Shown here: one piece after another, positions 14,690 through 29,734 of the stretch
Layout: every line of letters begins with the position of its first letter
Numbering within the stretch: the first letter of the stretch is position 1
Assembly: GCA_964016885.1 (NCBI GenBank)
Contig: OZ024751.1
Span: 23,250,001-23,314,000, forward strand
DNA: 64,000 nucleotides
From: Eledone cirrhosa
Taxonomy: Eukaryota
Reading direction: 5' to 3'
Notes under the pieces: model-generated
Told to the model about the DNA's origin: nothing
Database searches by the model: none
The model's input: only the letters and a program-made list of their open reading frames with translations
Program-made: the position numbers and the translations under genes

Positions 14690-15130
14690 TCGTCAACGAC
14701 TAAACTGGCAACCCCACCAAGCAAGCTTGGTGGGGTTGCCAGTTTAGTCGTTGACCAAGCAAGCTTGGTGGGGAGGCTGATATTTGGACACTCTGCAGGA
14801 TGAAATACAAGACCCGACAAAGGGCGGAGGAACTGGGAGTGAAAGCCTCCCAGTTGTTGTAACATCACCTTTCTAGGAGACGAAAACTCTGAAAAAAACC
14901 CAAACAAACCTGCGGCTTCAGAATCATCCGATGATGTTGACCAGTTCTCGTTTTCGGGTAGTGTTTTCAATGCTCAGGGATTGGGGTTGGTCGAGAGCAA
15001 GGCCTTTCCCCACTTAAAAAAACCCTTAAAACACAGGCATTGCTTGTTCAGGATCTGTTACAGGTTCGTGTAGCTGACCGTAGCCTAAAAGTGCACCAAA
15101 CTCTATAATCTGACAAGCGAATGCAATACT
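14690..15130 (+). mobile_element. Unclassified interspersed repeat; relative at 40470-41080
   Basis: Shared cgactaaactgg(c/t)aaccccaccaag...tttggaca...ctgcagga and cacaggcattgctt blocks. Confidence 0.55.
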
Positions 15131-15320
15131 CTTAGCAGAGTTTGCACCCATATCCAGTGGTTTCTATCTCGTTTACAATTTACTCAACACATTTATTTGG
15201 ATCACACTCATAGGATTAATTGTAAGACAGCACACACACATTTATATATATAAACTTTAATCTGTTATTTTAATATATAAATATATATTAAAATAACAGA
15301 TTATAAACTTCAATCTGTTA

Positions 15321-15915
<595 letters not shown>

Positions 15916-16358
15916 TTCAAGAGTAACCAATCTTAAAGACAGAGATGGAGATAGTAGAGGAGATATGAGAGGAGAGATTGGTGAGTTAGTTAGAAGCCAA
16001 AGCGTAAAGGCATGTGCTCAATGTGAAATATGCAGTAGAAAGCAGCTAGGTGGCTCCGTTCATGCAGAAGTTAAGTGCGCAGAGCTGGAAATATTCATTA
16101 GTTAAGCAAAACAAGACCACAAACTTCACAAGGAAGACATTATTAAAAGATTCTCAACATATTTTAGTTTGATGTAAGGAATGTAGAGAGTAATATATAT
16201 ATATATATTAATAATAATAACGGACATTATTATTATTATTAATATATTATTATTATTATTCTCTACATTCCTTACATCAAACTAAAATATGTTGACAATC
16301 TTTTAATAATGTCTTCCTTGTGAAGTTTGAGTTTGTGGTCTTGTTTTGCTTAACTAAT

Positions 16359-16458
<100 letters not shown>

Positions 16459-16578
16459 AAATACGATGTAGTTTCAGATGTTAAAATCCTTTATTGATAA
16501 GTCTGTAATACATATTTTAATGAGACAACGGCCAATCAATTAGGATTGCCTCGGAAACGTAACATGTTTATGTAAGAC

Positions 16579-16653
16579 GCCGTCTGATGAGATCATGGCG
16601 CTGGGTTCGCGGAATCGCGGGGCCACTGTCGTCATTGACATATGTATTACGGC
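16579..16653 (+). ncRNA. Degenerate hammerhead-like motif
   Basis: gccgu CUGAUGA ... GACA (GAAA mutated) UAUGUA UU acggc; stem I has 5 perfect pairs; AATAAA follows. Confidence 0.4.
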
Positions 16654-16744
16654 TTGATCAATAAAGGATTTTAACATCTGAAACTACTTCTCATTTTCCT
16701 ATCCTAAGTGGAAAAAGTACGTTGAGTGCTTGAATTGAATTGCA

Positions 16745-16807
<63 letters not shown>

Positions 16808-17027
16808 AACAAGTTTAACCCCGACGGCAGAGCTCAAGCCGTTTCGACGGCTATTTCTGGACTCATAGTCGTCGAAACGGCTTGAGCTCTGCCGTCAGCG
16901 TTAAACCTTTTCTTATTACCCACTCTACTACCATAAGTATTGAGTACTCTGGTGCGTTATGGTCCATTTGGTTCCTTACCACAATTCCTTCGTTATATAT
17001 ATATATAGTAAGTATATATATATATGT

Positions 17028-17130
<103 letters not shown>

Positions 17131-17231
17131 AAATGTCTGCGGTGCTTTCACACTTAACGGGATCTTCTGAGTTTCAGAAGATCCCGTTAAGGGTGAAAGT
17201 AACGATTCTTTGCTTAAACTTTAATCTGTTA

Positions 17232-17339
<108 letters not shown>

Positions 17340-17374
17340 TACATACATATACATATATATGTATATTTATAGAC

Positions 17375-17710
17375 ACCAACACCATCATTACACCATCACC
17401 ACCACCACCATCACACCACCAACACCAACACCATCTTCAGCACCAACACCATCACCACCACCAACACCACCATCACACCACCAACACCAACACCATCTTC
17501 AGCACCAACACCATCACCACCACCAACACCACCATCACACCACCAACACCAACACCATCTTCAGCACCAACACCATCACCACCACCAACACCACCATCAC
17601 ACCTCCAACGCCAACACCATCTTCAGCACCAACACCATCATTACACCAACACCAACACCACCACCAACACCACCATCACCATCACCACCCTCCTCATCAC
17701 CAACCCATCA
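17375..17710. repeat. CAC/CAA-rich compound microsatellite; similar tracts at 23970-24063 (CTA), 32770-32865 (TAG), 34960-35222 (AAC/AGC), 39160-39740 (GGT/GAT)
   Basis: Seen directly. Confidence 0.9.
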
Positions 17711-18304
17711 TGATTATATATATACACATAAACACCCACCTCTTCACTATTATTACCCTCACTTCATTACACATACAGAGATAAAGAACTACAACTATGA
17801 AATACAATGAAGTCTAATACATACAGTCTATCATAAATATTGAATATATATTAAAAAATACCTTTTCCAACATTTTTCCAGGCTTTATTCAATATCATGA
17901 AATATTCAATATATAGAAATGAATGGAAGTCAATAAACTTTGATATGAAACATATCGAACAGTGAGATACACCACTAGACAAACAATAATTGGAATTTTC
18001 AAGCGAATTGATAAAACAGTGGAAAACATCAATTTTGATGATGTTCCTGGCAGGAATGGTATTGTTGTAAAATTGATTGTATCTTTACTACAGAAGAAGA
18101 GATGTATTTATTAGTTGGCATCGACAATATTTGGAACAGTTTTCAGTTTTTGAGTGAGTGAAAGAATAATAAAAACAACATTTCCTCTTCAGGTAATCGA
18201 AGTATGTAATTTTTGTAAACAAATATATTAATATATATAGTTATAAATCGTGAAATATGAAATATTAGTTGGTATCAGGTAAAACCAACAGCAAATTAAC
18301 AAAT

Positions 18305-18470
18305 ATTGTTTCTACGTTTGGCACAAGGCCAACAAATACCCAGTACATTACTGGTACTTTATTTTATCGACCCCGTAAGGATGAAAGGCAAAGTTAACCT
18401 CGGTGGGAATTGAACTCAGAATGGCAAGGGCCGTAACTCTATACGTCAAAGCATGGCGTCCAACCCTCTA
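18305..18470 (-). mobile_element. SINE copy; others at about 11935-12065(-), 19050-19170(+), 19755-20005(+), 26300-26565(-), 28340-28495(+), 36615-36797(-), 52848-52995(-), 63055-63240(+)
   Basis: Reverse complement of the SINE core and tail (ggcacaaggccagcaat...ctggtactttattttatcgaccccgtaaggatgaaaggc). Confidence 0.85.
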
Positions 18471-18474
18471 GCGA

Positions 18475-18840
18475 TAAACAAATATGCTGGCAAACAAGAA
18501 CCACTCCTTGAGATAGAGAAAGGACGGACGTTTGCCTTGTATGGTCATATATCCCGACACGACTCCTTGTCTAAAACCATCCAATTTATTGTCAGGCAGC
18601 AAGTTAAGTGTGCTGGCAGACAGGAACCATTCCTAACGATGGTGAAAAGACTGAAGCTTGCCTGGTATAATCATATATCCCACCAACATTTCTTGTTCAA
18701 AACCATCATTCAGGGCACAATCGAGGGATGGTGAAGGAGAGGGAGGCCCGACAACATAAAAAACTTGACTGGTCACAACACGAGACTATTCTACGCATGT
18801 CAGAGAATAGAGACCAATGTATAACTGCAGCCAAATGACT
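18475..18840 (+). mobile_element. RTE-like LINE 3' relic with internal duplication
   Basis: Translates to QEPLL..KGRTFALYGHISRHDSLSKTI and QEPFL..KRLKLAWYNHIS...IIQGTIEG, typical of the RTE C-terminus. Confidence 0.7.
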
Positions 18841-20094
18841 GAAACCAGTAAAAGATTAAAACTAACGATGTTTCTAATTTTGATGCTGTTTTCCTGTTAT
18901 CCTGTAAACACAGTTGAAATATAAACTTAGTTACCAGTAATATCAGTTACTAGACAGGAAGTAAGCCAAACAATAATCTATTCTTCCTACCCAGCTCTGT
19001 ATTATCTGCACCAAGTAAATCGAATCAGCTAACTTTTAATTATAATTATATTCTGAGGTCAAATCCCGCCGAGGTTAACTTTGCCTTTCATCCTTACGGG
19101 GTCGATAAAATAAAGTACCAGTAATGCAGTGCGTAATTGCTGGCCTTGTGCCAAACGTAGAAACAATAATTATATTATAAGTAACTTATTTGAGAGAATT
19201 CATGCTGATACCAATTACTGGATTGAAAACCAATCCCAAAATTACCAACTGTAAGAGAGTGTTCTATATCGACTCTTTGGACAAAAAGCATGCTTCAATT
19301 TATAGAAACAGTCACCAATCACTCATTGTTTGTTAGTACAACACTCCAATTAATGCCGAACACATTACGCTGAATATTCAACACAGACAGAGAGGCAAGA
19401 GCAAAGACAATTTATCTAAGTATATCACTGAAATAAGACAGTGTCAACATTTTTTAAGCTATTAGAATTACTTTATGAATGTCTATATTTTTATTGTTTG
19501 ACTGCTTTCAGTAATTGAAATGTGGTTAAACAGGGTCACCATCACCAATAATTAATTTGATATCATTTGCCAAAGCATTTATTTTTACACTTATTTATAG
19601 ATATGTATTTGTTGAACTACTTAACATAGACATACATACAGCTCGGTTTTTGTACAATATTTACTCGTTAGGCATTGATCGAGATTACAGTAGAAGACGC
19701 GCGTTCGAGGTGCTACGCTCTGGGATCGAACTAAACGTCTTAACTATGCAGTCATACCAGCGAATTAGCAGATTTGTTAGAACGTCGGATAGAATGCTTT
19801 ATGGTATTCGTACCGGCTCTCTGCTGTCTGAGTTCAAATCCCGCCGAGGTCAACTTTGCCTTTCATACTTTTGAGGTCGATAAAAAAAGTACCAGTCTAG
19901 TACTGGGTCGATTCTTCCTCTCTCTGGAAGACGTGTGTTGTACTCAGACCTGGAGAGGGGACGGGCTCCGCCAGGCTTAAAATGCCAAAGAAACGTCGTA
20001 ATGTCAATATACAAAACGTAAAGGTGAACAACAAATAAGACAACACAGTTCACCGAAGAAATATTAATTTAACGCTTCAGAAAGTAGAGACGAT

Positions 20095-20130
20095 TCTTTA
20101 CGTTTCGGACCGTAGTCTTTCATCAGAAGA
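20095..20130 (-). ncRNA. Minimal type I hammerhead motif
   Basis: ucuu CUGAUGA aaGAC-UACG-GUCc GAAAC GUA aaga; palindromic ACGU stem III and a cUACGg tetraloop. Confidence 0.6.
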
Positions 20131-20389
20131 TAGAACGAGGAATAAAAGATGATATAGAAAGATGGAGAGTGAGAAGAAGGAAAGGAAAAATGTTTCGGAG
20201 AAAAGCACGCGTATATTCAGAGTATATATATATGTATATATATATGTATGTAAGTTATTCCGGGTTGAATCGGAGGTAACCACAGTAAGTCACGGGCTAG
20301 ATCAATACAGATCGAACCATGAGCTAATGAATAGCAAAACGCACGTCACTACTTAATAAACACAATGAAGACATAACAAATCGCCCTTT

Positions 20390-20445
<56 letters not shown>

Positions 20446-20605
20446 CATATATATATATATATATATATATTATCATATATATATATATATATATATTATC
20501 ATATATATACATATATATATTATCATATATATATATATATATATACATATAGGTAGAATTAGCCGTCGAAACGGCTTGAGCTCAGCCGTTGGGGTCCTAC
20601 TCGTT

Positions 20606-20672
<67 letters not shown>

Positions 20673-20883
20673 GGCGATTTGTTATGTCTTCAGTATGTTT
20701 ATTAAGTAGTGACGTGCGTTTTGCTATTCACCAGCTCATGGTTCGATCTGTTTCGATCTAGCCCGACTCTGGAATCAAAAGCTCGCCGGACCTCTGTTGT
20801 CGTAGTACTACACCTCTATACTTACTTGAAACTATGCATTGAGTGCTCACTTTGGTGAACCTACAGTAACTGGACGTTACAAT

Positions 20884-20917
<34 letters not shown>

Positions 20918-21018
20918 GTTATTCCGGGTTGAATCGGAGGTAACCACAGTAAGTAAGGTACTCAATACATTGCAGAATGAAACAGTTCTAGTCCTGTAGA
21001 ATCTCATCTATATTAAAA

Positions 21019-21107
<89 letters not shown>

Positions 21108-21155
21108 TTATATATATATATACATATATATATATATACACACACACATATATAT

Positions 21156-21293
<138 letters not shown>

Positions 21294-22170
21294 GAAAATA
21301 TGAAGGAAGTTGTCTTCGTTCACCTCCCCCACCCCGCTCTGCCAAATTGTTTTCTTTTGAATAATTAAACACCAGGCCAGCTGAGCGTAGTCGAATGAAC
21401 TGGTTCCTGGTATATCTCTTCATCAATTAGCAATCACATTTAGCAATCACTTAGAGGAAAGATTTCCTTCGAGTGTACTAATGATAAAATATAGATAAAC
21501 GTTTGTCTTTTTATAGCTCTTAATTTTAAATTCATAGAACATTTCAACTAAGGCAACCAGAAAGCCTTCTTTATTATTAATATTATTTATTATATTTTAT
21601 TATATGGTTCCCCTAGATAAATAGTTGGTCTTCAGTTATCTTAATAAAATTAACTTAGTTTTCAATGGCTTTTCATTGGAGGGTAGATTCTTTGGAAAGG
21701 TAAATTCTTTTTCCTTCTGTAATGTTGAATTATAAAATGCTAGAAATAGTGACACACAGAAAGGGTAGTATTTAGTTATGCTATCCCACCTTCTGTATTT
21801 AAGAGCCCCTCCTTTCCGGATAATGTTATATTTATAAACATCGGATATGTTAGTTGTTAAAAAGTCCATGTTGTTGTTTATCCTCAGCTTAAAGCAGATC
21901 AAATAGAGTATCAACCAAATATATTTCAGCCTAGACCATCACACCTTTTACTGAAGGATGTTACACATAGAACAGTGTTGTCTTATAGGGCCCTCCTTAT
22001 TTTAAAACGACAGACTGTGATTTCAGGGCTATTTGACTAATATTTCTAGCCACTCCGGCGGCCATGTTGAGGCACCCTTCTTGGGTTGTAGTAGTCAAAT
22101 AGTGACGTCAATATAATATTAATTCTTTTAAACGACCAAATCCGTTGTGAACAAGAGAGCAAGATTAGAA

Positions 22171-22240
<70 letters not shown>

Positions 22241-22412
22241 AGTCTGATGGGCTATCGATTCCAGAGTCGGGCTCGATCAATACCGATCTTACCTTGAGCA
22301 GATTGAATGCGAAACGCGTGACATATGTGAATATGTGAATTAACATAATGATGCCATACAGATACTTCGTTCCTGCTCCTTTAATATTATATATTTAATA
22401 TTTAAGTTAATG

Positions 22413-22470
<58 letters not shown>

Positions 22471-22541
22471 CACACAGAAATATGAAACAATTGTTCTCGG
22501 TATGGTGAACTAACTGTTTTGTTACTACCCCTCTCTCACTC

Positions 22542-22602
<61 letters not shown>

Positions 22603-23375
22603 GCACACATGAGCTTTTGTGTTAATTTTCGCGGCGGTAATTTCCATTGTACGTTGGATTCACATCACCAACCATGATATCAGTTAAACACGTGCTGATT
22701 ATTATCTTGTCCACACTCTCTTTCTTAAGCTATCCGTAGTTCTTAGAATATTTTGCAATAGCTTCATTTGTTAAAGCATTCACCTTTTACATTCTTTGCA
22801 TTTGTGATTAAACCTTTGAAATATAGTTTTCTCCAACGTATTTCTATCCAATTGTCTAACAGCTTATTGTTCTGTACGAGTTCATGCCTGGAGAGAAAAA
22901 CAAAGAAATTCTTCGTCTTGTCAATTTCGTGTAGTAAACATATGTGTTTCTAAACCTAGAACACATATGCAAATGTAAGATACATTTCTAAGGAAGTTTT
23001 GTAGGAAAGAAATATATTTTAGGAAACGAAAGAGAAACTGAACGGAGGGACATAGAAAGACATTTCGAGATATTATGAACAGAAGAAATTAAGAGATACT
23101 ATTTTTAATAAGGGGGTTACGGAAAATTTGAAATTATACTGAGCATAAGCGCGCATGAGCACACAAATGTGGTTGTTGTTGTAGCTGCTGTTAGATAGTA
23201 TAAAAAATTGGATTAATAGGATATAGATATGTTGAGAAACACAGGAATGAATATATAAACACACACAGACACCCGGATGTAACACATGCACAAACTAAGC
23301 ACACAACACACACAAAAGCAAGATGGCGTAGGACAGAACAAAGGAGAGGCACAAAAACAAAGAAAAGAATCCCCA

Positions 23376-23418
23376 GTCACTGAAGAGTTCACAGAATGTG
23401 TGACGAAAGAACTTTGAC
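23376..23418 (+). ncRNA. Minimal type I hammerhead motif (family E)
   Basis: guca CUGAAGA GuUCACA-GAAUG-UGUGAC GAAA GAAC UU ugac; stem I has 4 perfect pairs; related copies near 6165-6260 and 37146-37188. Confidence 0.6.
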
Positions 23419-23553
23419 AATATATGAACAATCGTCTGGTTGTGGAACCAACCAACCAACCGGAAATTTGTAAATTGCTAAATTTATAATAAATTGAAGT
23501 GAAAGCAACTGGTGCGTGTGTTTCTTATTGGCAACATGACCCTCCTAAAGTAT

Positions 23554-23595
<42 letters not shown>

Positions 23596-23781
23596 CATCC
23601 CAACACAAGAGCAAGAATGAGGGGCTCATTCTACTGACATGGCTTAAAAGAGGCTATTTGCATAATTGCAAACGAATCGAATATTATTATTAATATTTGA
23701 AAAACTCAAATTATATTATATATATATATATATACTTATACTTACACACACACACACACGCAGACACACTCACATATATAT

Positions 23782-23814
<33 letters not shown>

Positions 23815-23970
23815 CATATATATTATGAGCTTCTATTTGAAATATATGCGAATTTGTGGTGTACGTAGATATGGAATTAAAGATGACATTTCCATGAATA
23901 TTTTACAGGCAAATGAATTCAAATGTTGTGCATTTGGTTTTGTGATAGTTCTGATTATAACGATGGCAAG

Positions 23971-24062
<92 letters not shown>

Positions 24063-25404
24063 CTGTAATAATCATGATGATAATAATATACATGTATATC
24101 CCATCGTCCCCTCTGTCTCTCTCTACATATACATACGCTCCCTCCTTCTCTCACACATATATACACATATATACATATATAAATATATATACATACATAT
24201 ATATATACATTAAATATATATGATCAACTGCAAATGAAAATACAAATTGATGGAATTTTGAATTTGTATTAAATATTGCACAAAAAAGGATATATATTAA
24301 CGTTGAAATATTTCCAATTATTTCCTCTGAAGTATTTTTGGAGATTATTTTCTGACTTCTCAGAATTTTGACATTTTCCCATAAAAGAAAATATCTTCAA
24401 AAACGAAAACAAATAAAAACCCCAAAACAAGACAAAATAAAATTAGAACAAAAAAAAAAAAAGCTACATCTGAAAGGGTATTTATTGTATAATAAAAAAA
24501 AAATAGCTGAAATAATTATATAGAAAACCAATGCGAATTAAGATCACTAGAAGCAGAAATTACGCAGACATCCAGACGCTGGAATGGCAGCAATGGCTGT
24601 GAGATTAAAGAGTTCGTTTGGTAACCATGTGGGTATGAGTTTCGGATTGAACAAACCAATGTCTTTGCAAGTGGTATTTACAGACACATATATACATGCA
24701 TGTGTATGTTTTCATTTGCAATTGATATTCCATAACGTAGCAATTCGACAAAAAGATCAATAAAACAAGAACCAGATTTTCACAAAATAAATGTGATATA
24801 GACTATCCTAGTTTATTCAAAAAGTTGTAACGATGTTGCTCCAATAAAACTTTTAAACAGTTTGGAATTTTAGTATTATATTTCAGTCACTATCTATCGA
24901 ATACTTCATTTCCAATTTGGCAAGTAGTTTAGCTGTGATATGTTTCAAATACTCACGCAACAAGAACAGCAACAAAAAAAAAAAAAATATTAAAAGAAAG
25001 AAAACATTCGAAACATTACTATAGAACTAGCATTGACAGCGAAAGTAATTACCTATAAGATACAGATTTAACGAAAAGCTATACAACTTGAGGAGAAACA
25101 TAATTAGATTAAGGCAGTCAAAAAAGGTTATACTAAAAGGCAATACTGAAGTAGCACTTTGATTTCCTCGAGGAATTAAATTTCATCTTTTCTTTCAGAA
25201 TTTAGATTTGAAACTTCAAATAATTATTTGAAGTTTATCATAAAAACAATTAAAAGTTCTTTGCTGTTGTATTAACTTTTGTAAATTTAAAATTTATTTT
25301 GTGTCACAAAAATTAATTCTAGAAGTATAGAAACCTAAATTTTATGTAATGTTAACATTTTAAGTTCAAATTGCACACGAGATTCATTTTGTCTTTTACT
25401 CTTC

Positions 25405-25795
25405 GAAAGAATACGATCGCGAATACAAGCGGCTGAAATGGGATTCCTCCGAAGAGTCGTTAAAGTATGTAGCTCGGAGATCATAGAGTCACTCCAGGTA
25501 GAGCTGCTACTTCTCCGAATTGATAGATCACAGCTCCAATACTAAGGGCATGTGGTTAGAATGTATTAGGAAAGAATCGCTGGACAGATTTTATAGGCAA
25601 AAACCAACCGGTAGGAAACCCAGGGGTAGACCCCGAGCAAGATGGTTGGATAACATCCATGAGCTTGGCTGGTCACACACGGGGATCCAGTTAGATCAGT
25701 TGGAGACGGTTGCTTCTAATAGGACCTAATGGAAGGAGTGTTTGAGGACTCTACCCCCACGAACCTCTCAGGAATAAGTTTATGAAGAAGAAGAA
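25405..25795 (+). mobile_element. RTE-like LINE 3' fragment
   Basis: RIRSRIQAAEMGFLRRV, KPTGRKPRGRPRARWLDNI and a (GAA)n tail; homologous to 57975-58390. Confidence 0.8.
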
Positions 25796-26602
25796 GACTC
25801 TTCTAAGGTTCAATAAAACAAGTAGCAGTCAGATACATTGTTTTGTCGCAAACAATATCAGTGTATACATTATAAAGGTAAGCTTAAAACGTCCTTTTCC
25901 TTTGCTTTCGTTTTGGCCACCATATTGCTGAAAATTTGAACACGTCGACTGTCTGTCTGTCTGTCACATATGTAAGACCTCTTTGAATTGAGTATTTTCA
26001 ATATTTGGGAGAGAATCGTTACTTGAAAAAAATCTACATTTTGATTAGTTTGACCCCTCCTAACTTCCCCCATGAAGGATAAAGAGGAAGACATACAAAC
26101 TGGTAGTTCCGCAGGTTCGTTTTTTTTAACTTTCTTATTAATAGAGTTATTGAAACAAACAAACAAACAAAAAAAAAACCAAACAAACAAACATAATTCA
26201 AACGTGTCTTTGATAATCAGTGCCTTCTCCTCAATATTTCCCGTGGTAACGTATTTACCATTCGGCAATCTGTTCGCCAATAACAAAGTAACAGCAATAT
26301 AATTGTTTCTACTTTTGGCACAAGGCCAGCAATAGCCCAGTGTATTACTGGTACTTTATTTCATCGACCCCCGTAAGGATGAAAGGCAAAGTTAACCTCG
26401 GCGGGTTTTTAACGCAGACTGTAAAGGGACGTAACCATGCTAGAAAGCATGGCGTCCAACCCTCTACCGATACTGCCAATTCACGCAATATAATTGTTTC
26501 TACTTTTGGCACAAGGCCAGCAATAATCCCAGTGTATTACTGGTACTTTATTTTATCGACCCCGTAATATATTGAAAGTCAGTATGTAGAGATTTCATGA
26601 TT

Positions 26603-26760
26603 TACGAGGGTTGGTTGCAATGTTCATAAGTTGACTATGAAGGAATGATGCTAGTGCTGTGAAATCTTGCATTCATTAATTTCAACTCTTATTATTAACA
26701 ACTGCATTGATTCCTTCCAGGGAATTTGTTGAAAATAAATCTCATGCATCTCACTCTCTC
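26603..26760 (+). mobile_element. Mariner/Tc1-like terminal fragment; other Tc1-like ends near 49290-49325(-) and 50130-50165(+)
   Basis: TA-cgagggttggttg start typical of mariner TIRs; agggtgtcccaaaaaatgtata-type ends. Confidence 0.4.
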
Positions 26761-26799
26761 TCTCATATATATATATATATATGTATATATATATTTATA

Positions 26800-26891
<92 letters not shown>

Positions 26892-27365
26892 GTATACCTA
26901 TATCCATATATATATCTGCATGTATTTGATATATATACTATTCATGTATGTAGTTATAATCAATCTGACAGAATCAATTTGGTTTTTGGTCATTCCATGA
27001 GAGTATATTGGTTACTCTATGAACATTTTAGCCGTCCCTTGTTTTATGGTAAGAATGAAAGCTATTTAAATACAGATATACTGTTCTATGCACGATTCTA
27101 TAAAACAGTTCTGGTCTTTTACAAAATATATTGATTGCATCTAAACCATGTATATAAAAGATAGAATGAAAAAGAACCTTGCTGTTCATATCGTTTTTCT
27201 GTCTCTCTCTCCTTCCCACAGAAAGGTCGAATGTACCACTCAACCAACTAACTAACCAGCCAACCAACCATGAATCTTTTTGAAGTAGTTCATATAAAAC
27301 ATTTAGATGGCTTTTACTAAACTCTGCACTTACTGAACAAACATTGAGTGTAAATGAATACTTAC

Positions 27366-27503
27366 CTCAACTTCGATTTCACTTTTAAGTTCTCTATCGA
27401 CTACATATGGTCTAGAAACGTATAGAGTTCCAGTACTTTTATTAATTCGGAATCCATTTTTGAAGTTTGTCACTATTTCGTAATCGAACATTTTGTTTCT
27501 TCC
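27366..27503 (-). CDS. Cadherin exon (GRNKMFDYEIVTNFKNGFRINKSTGTLYVSRPYVVDRELKSEIEVE)
   Basis: Acceptor atattgcag, donor gtaagt; 138 nt; GxN, FxIxxxTG and DRE motifs. Confidence 0.95.
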
Positions 27504-28957
27504 CTGCAATATAGCAATTCGGTAAAACTAAAAGTTTCCGGAAAAGTTAAATTATCAAAATTAGAAAAAGTAAGATGAAAAGATGAAAAGATATATCCAC
27601 TGGTTATAACAAATAGAAAGTTCAATTTAGTTGGAGATAAAACAACAACGACAACAACATCGCCAACAACATCACCAACAACAAAAATAGTTATATTCGT
27701 AAAAGATAAGTGCTAACTTTGTGAAGAGTCAAAGTAAATAAAATAAAATAAAAATAAAGTTAAAAACATGAATCAAAGCACAAATAGTTGATAAGGTAAT
27801 TGGAAATCATTTCAGAATTGTGTCTTCTACGTTTGATATTATATATATATATACGTATACTTGGGGAGGGTCATATTTGTGTAATATTGCCAGAATTAAC
27901 AACAGAACACACTCACTGTTTGGTTGGTTTTCGCTTCTCGCTTCTGTGTCTTTTATATCGGTCATCTTTTACTCGGTCCTCAAAGTTGCCATTGACTGAC
28001 CGACGGTCACAAATAATACAGATACTATATATATATATATATATATATGTCACTTACTTATTCTCGATTTGCCGAGAATAAGTAAGAGACATAGTCACTA
28101 CTTTAAAACTCATAGCGAATGGTTTTCAAAATGTTTTTAATTAAACATACAGTATATAGTCAAATATACTATAAATACATTTAAAAAATAAATATATATA
28201 TTTTTATTTTACTATATTTATATAAATGTATTATTTCATATTTTATATACTATTCTATTATCTAAAATATCTAGATGATATAATATGATATTGAGGCATA
28301 AATATATACAAAGTTGAATTATGTGGAGCTCTATTTATGATTGTTGGCAGCGACATGTCCGAGTCATTGGAATGTCGGATAGAATGTTTTATGGTATTCG
28401 TTCTGACTCTCCATCCCCTATAGAAATCCACTAAGGTCAGTTTTAACTTTTATCCTTTCCAGGTTTATAATCAAATTACCAGTCAATTACTTAGGTCTGC
28501 TATTTCTTTCTCATCTATTTTATCTTTCACTTTCTCTTTCTCTCTCTCTCTGTAGAAGAAATTGTCTGAGTTCAGTCTTGGGGATTGGGCGGCGCCAGTT
28601 TTAAACATTCATGATATAACATATGTCTCTACGACAAATGTTTCGACTCCCCTAGGAGTTAATAGACCATACACGCAAAGTTAATTGTCAATAAGTGAAA
28701 TTGCAAAAAAGTATGGAGAGAAATTGCATAGCACAATTTTTTATCAGACCCATTAGGTTCTGTTATTTGGCGAGCCATATTGACGCACCAGCATCGATTT
28801 TTTTCTTATTTAAGTACGAGTTAAAGAAGTAATGGTTATATAGAAACATCTATATACAAACATAGGCACACACAGAGACAGAAACAAACTCACACACACA
28901 TATACATATATATATATATACATATGTTTATATATATACATATGTTTATATATATAC

Positions 28958-29019
<62 letters not shown>

Positions 29020-29062
29020 ATGTTTATATATACATACCCCCCCCCACACGCACACACGCGCG

Positions 29063-29138
<76 letters not shown>

Positions 29139-29207
29139 AAGAAAAAAAGATGAAATCGAAAATCCAACTGGAGTCTTTTTAAAAAAAGATATATATTTAT
29201 TTGGTTG

Positions 29208-29243
29208 CTTTACCGGTTTCGCAGTTCTTCTGCTTTTCAAAAG
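29208..29243 (-). ncRNA. Minimal hammerhead, U3-A8 core variant (family F); also 47154-47191 (+)
   Basis: cuu UUGAAAA GCAG-AAGAA-CUGC GAAAC CG GUA aag; stem III is the palindrome ACCGGU; AATAAA downstream. Confidence 0.6.
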
Positions 29244-29631
29244 TACAATTGAGATGGAGGGTTTGTGGTTTTTCGCATATATATATACTATATATGATGG
29301 CTGCCCCATCGTTATCGAGTATGGCCATTGCGCGATATACCATTATTAATAATTATTAATTAATTCTATTGTGCAATGCCTGTGCGTGAAGATAATTTTT
29401 AAAATGAGGAAAGACTGTGCACTGAGCCAATCCCACTCGAAGAGCGACAGTAGCTATAACCCGAAAAGAAGAAATGATCAACATCATCGGTAACTACTGA
29501 GCCGCGAGTTTTATAACGGAGTTATCCCAGTTTCCTGAGTTGCCTTCTCCTAGAAGAATGCCCTGACAAAGGCTAGGGGTCCTTCACTCCCAGTGGTTTA
29601 TATATATATATATATATATACATATGTTTAT

Positions 29632-29668
<37 letters not shown>

Positions 29669-29691
29669 CATGTGTTTATATATATACATAT

Positions 29692-29729
<38 letters not shown>

Positions 29730-29734
<5 letters not shown>

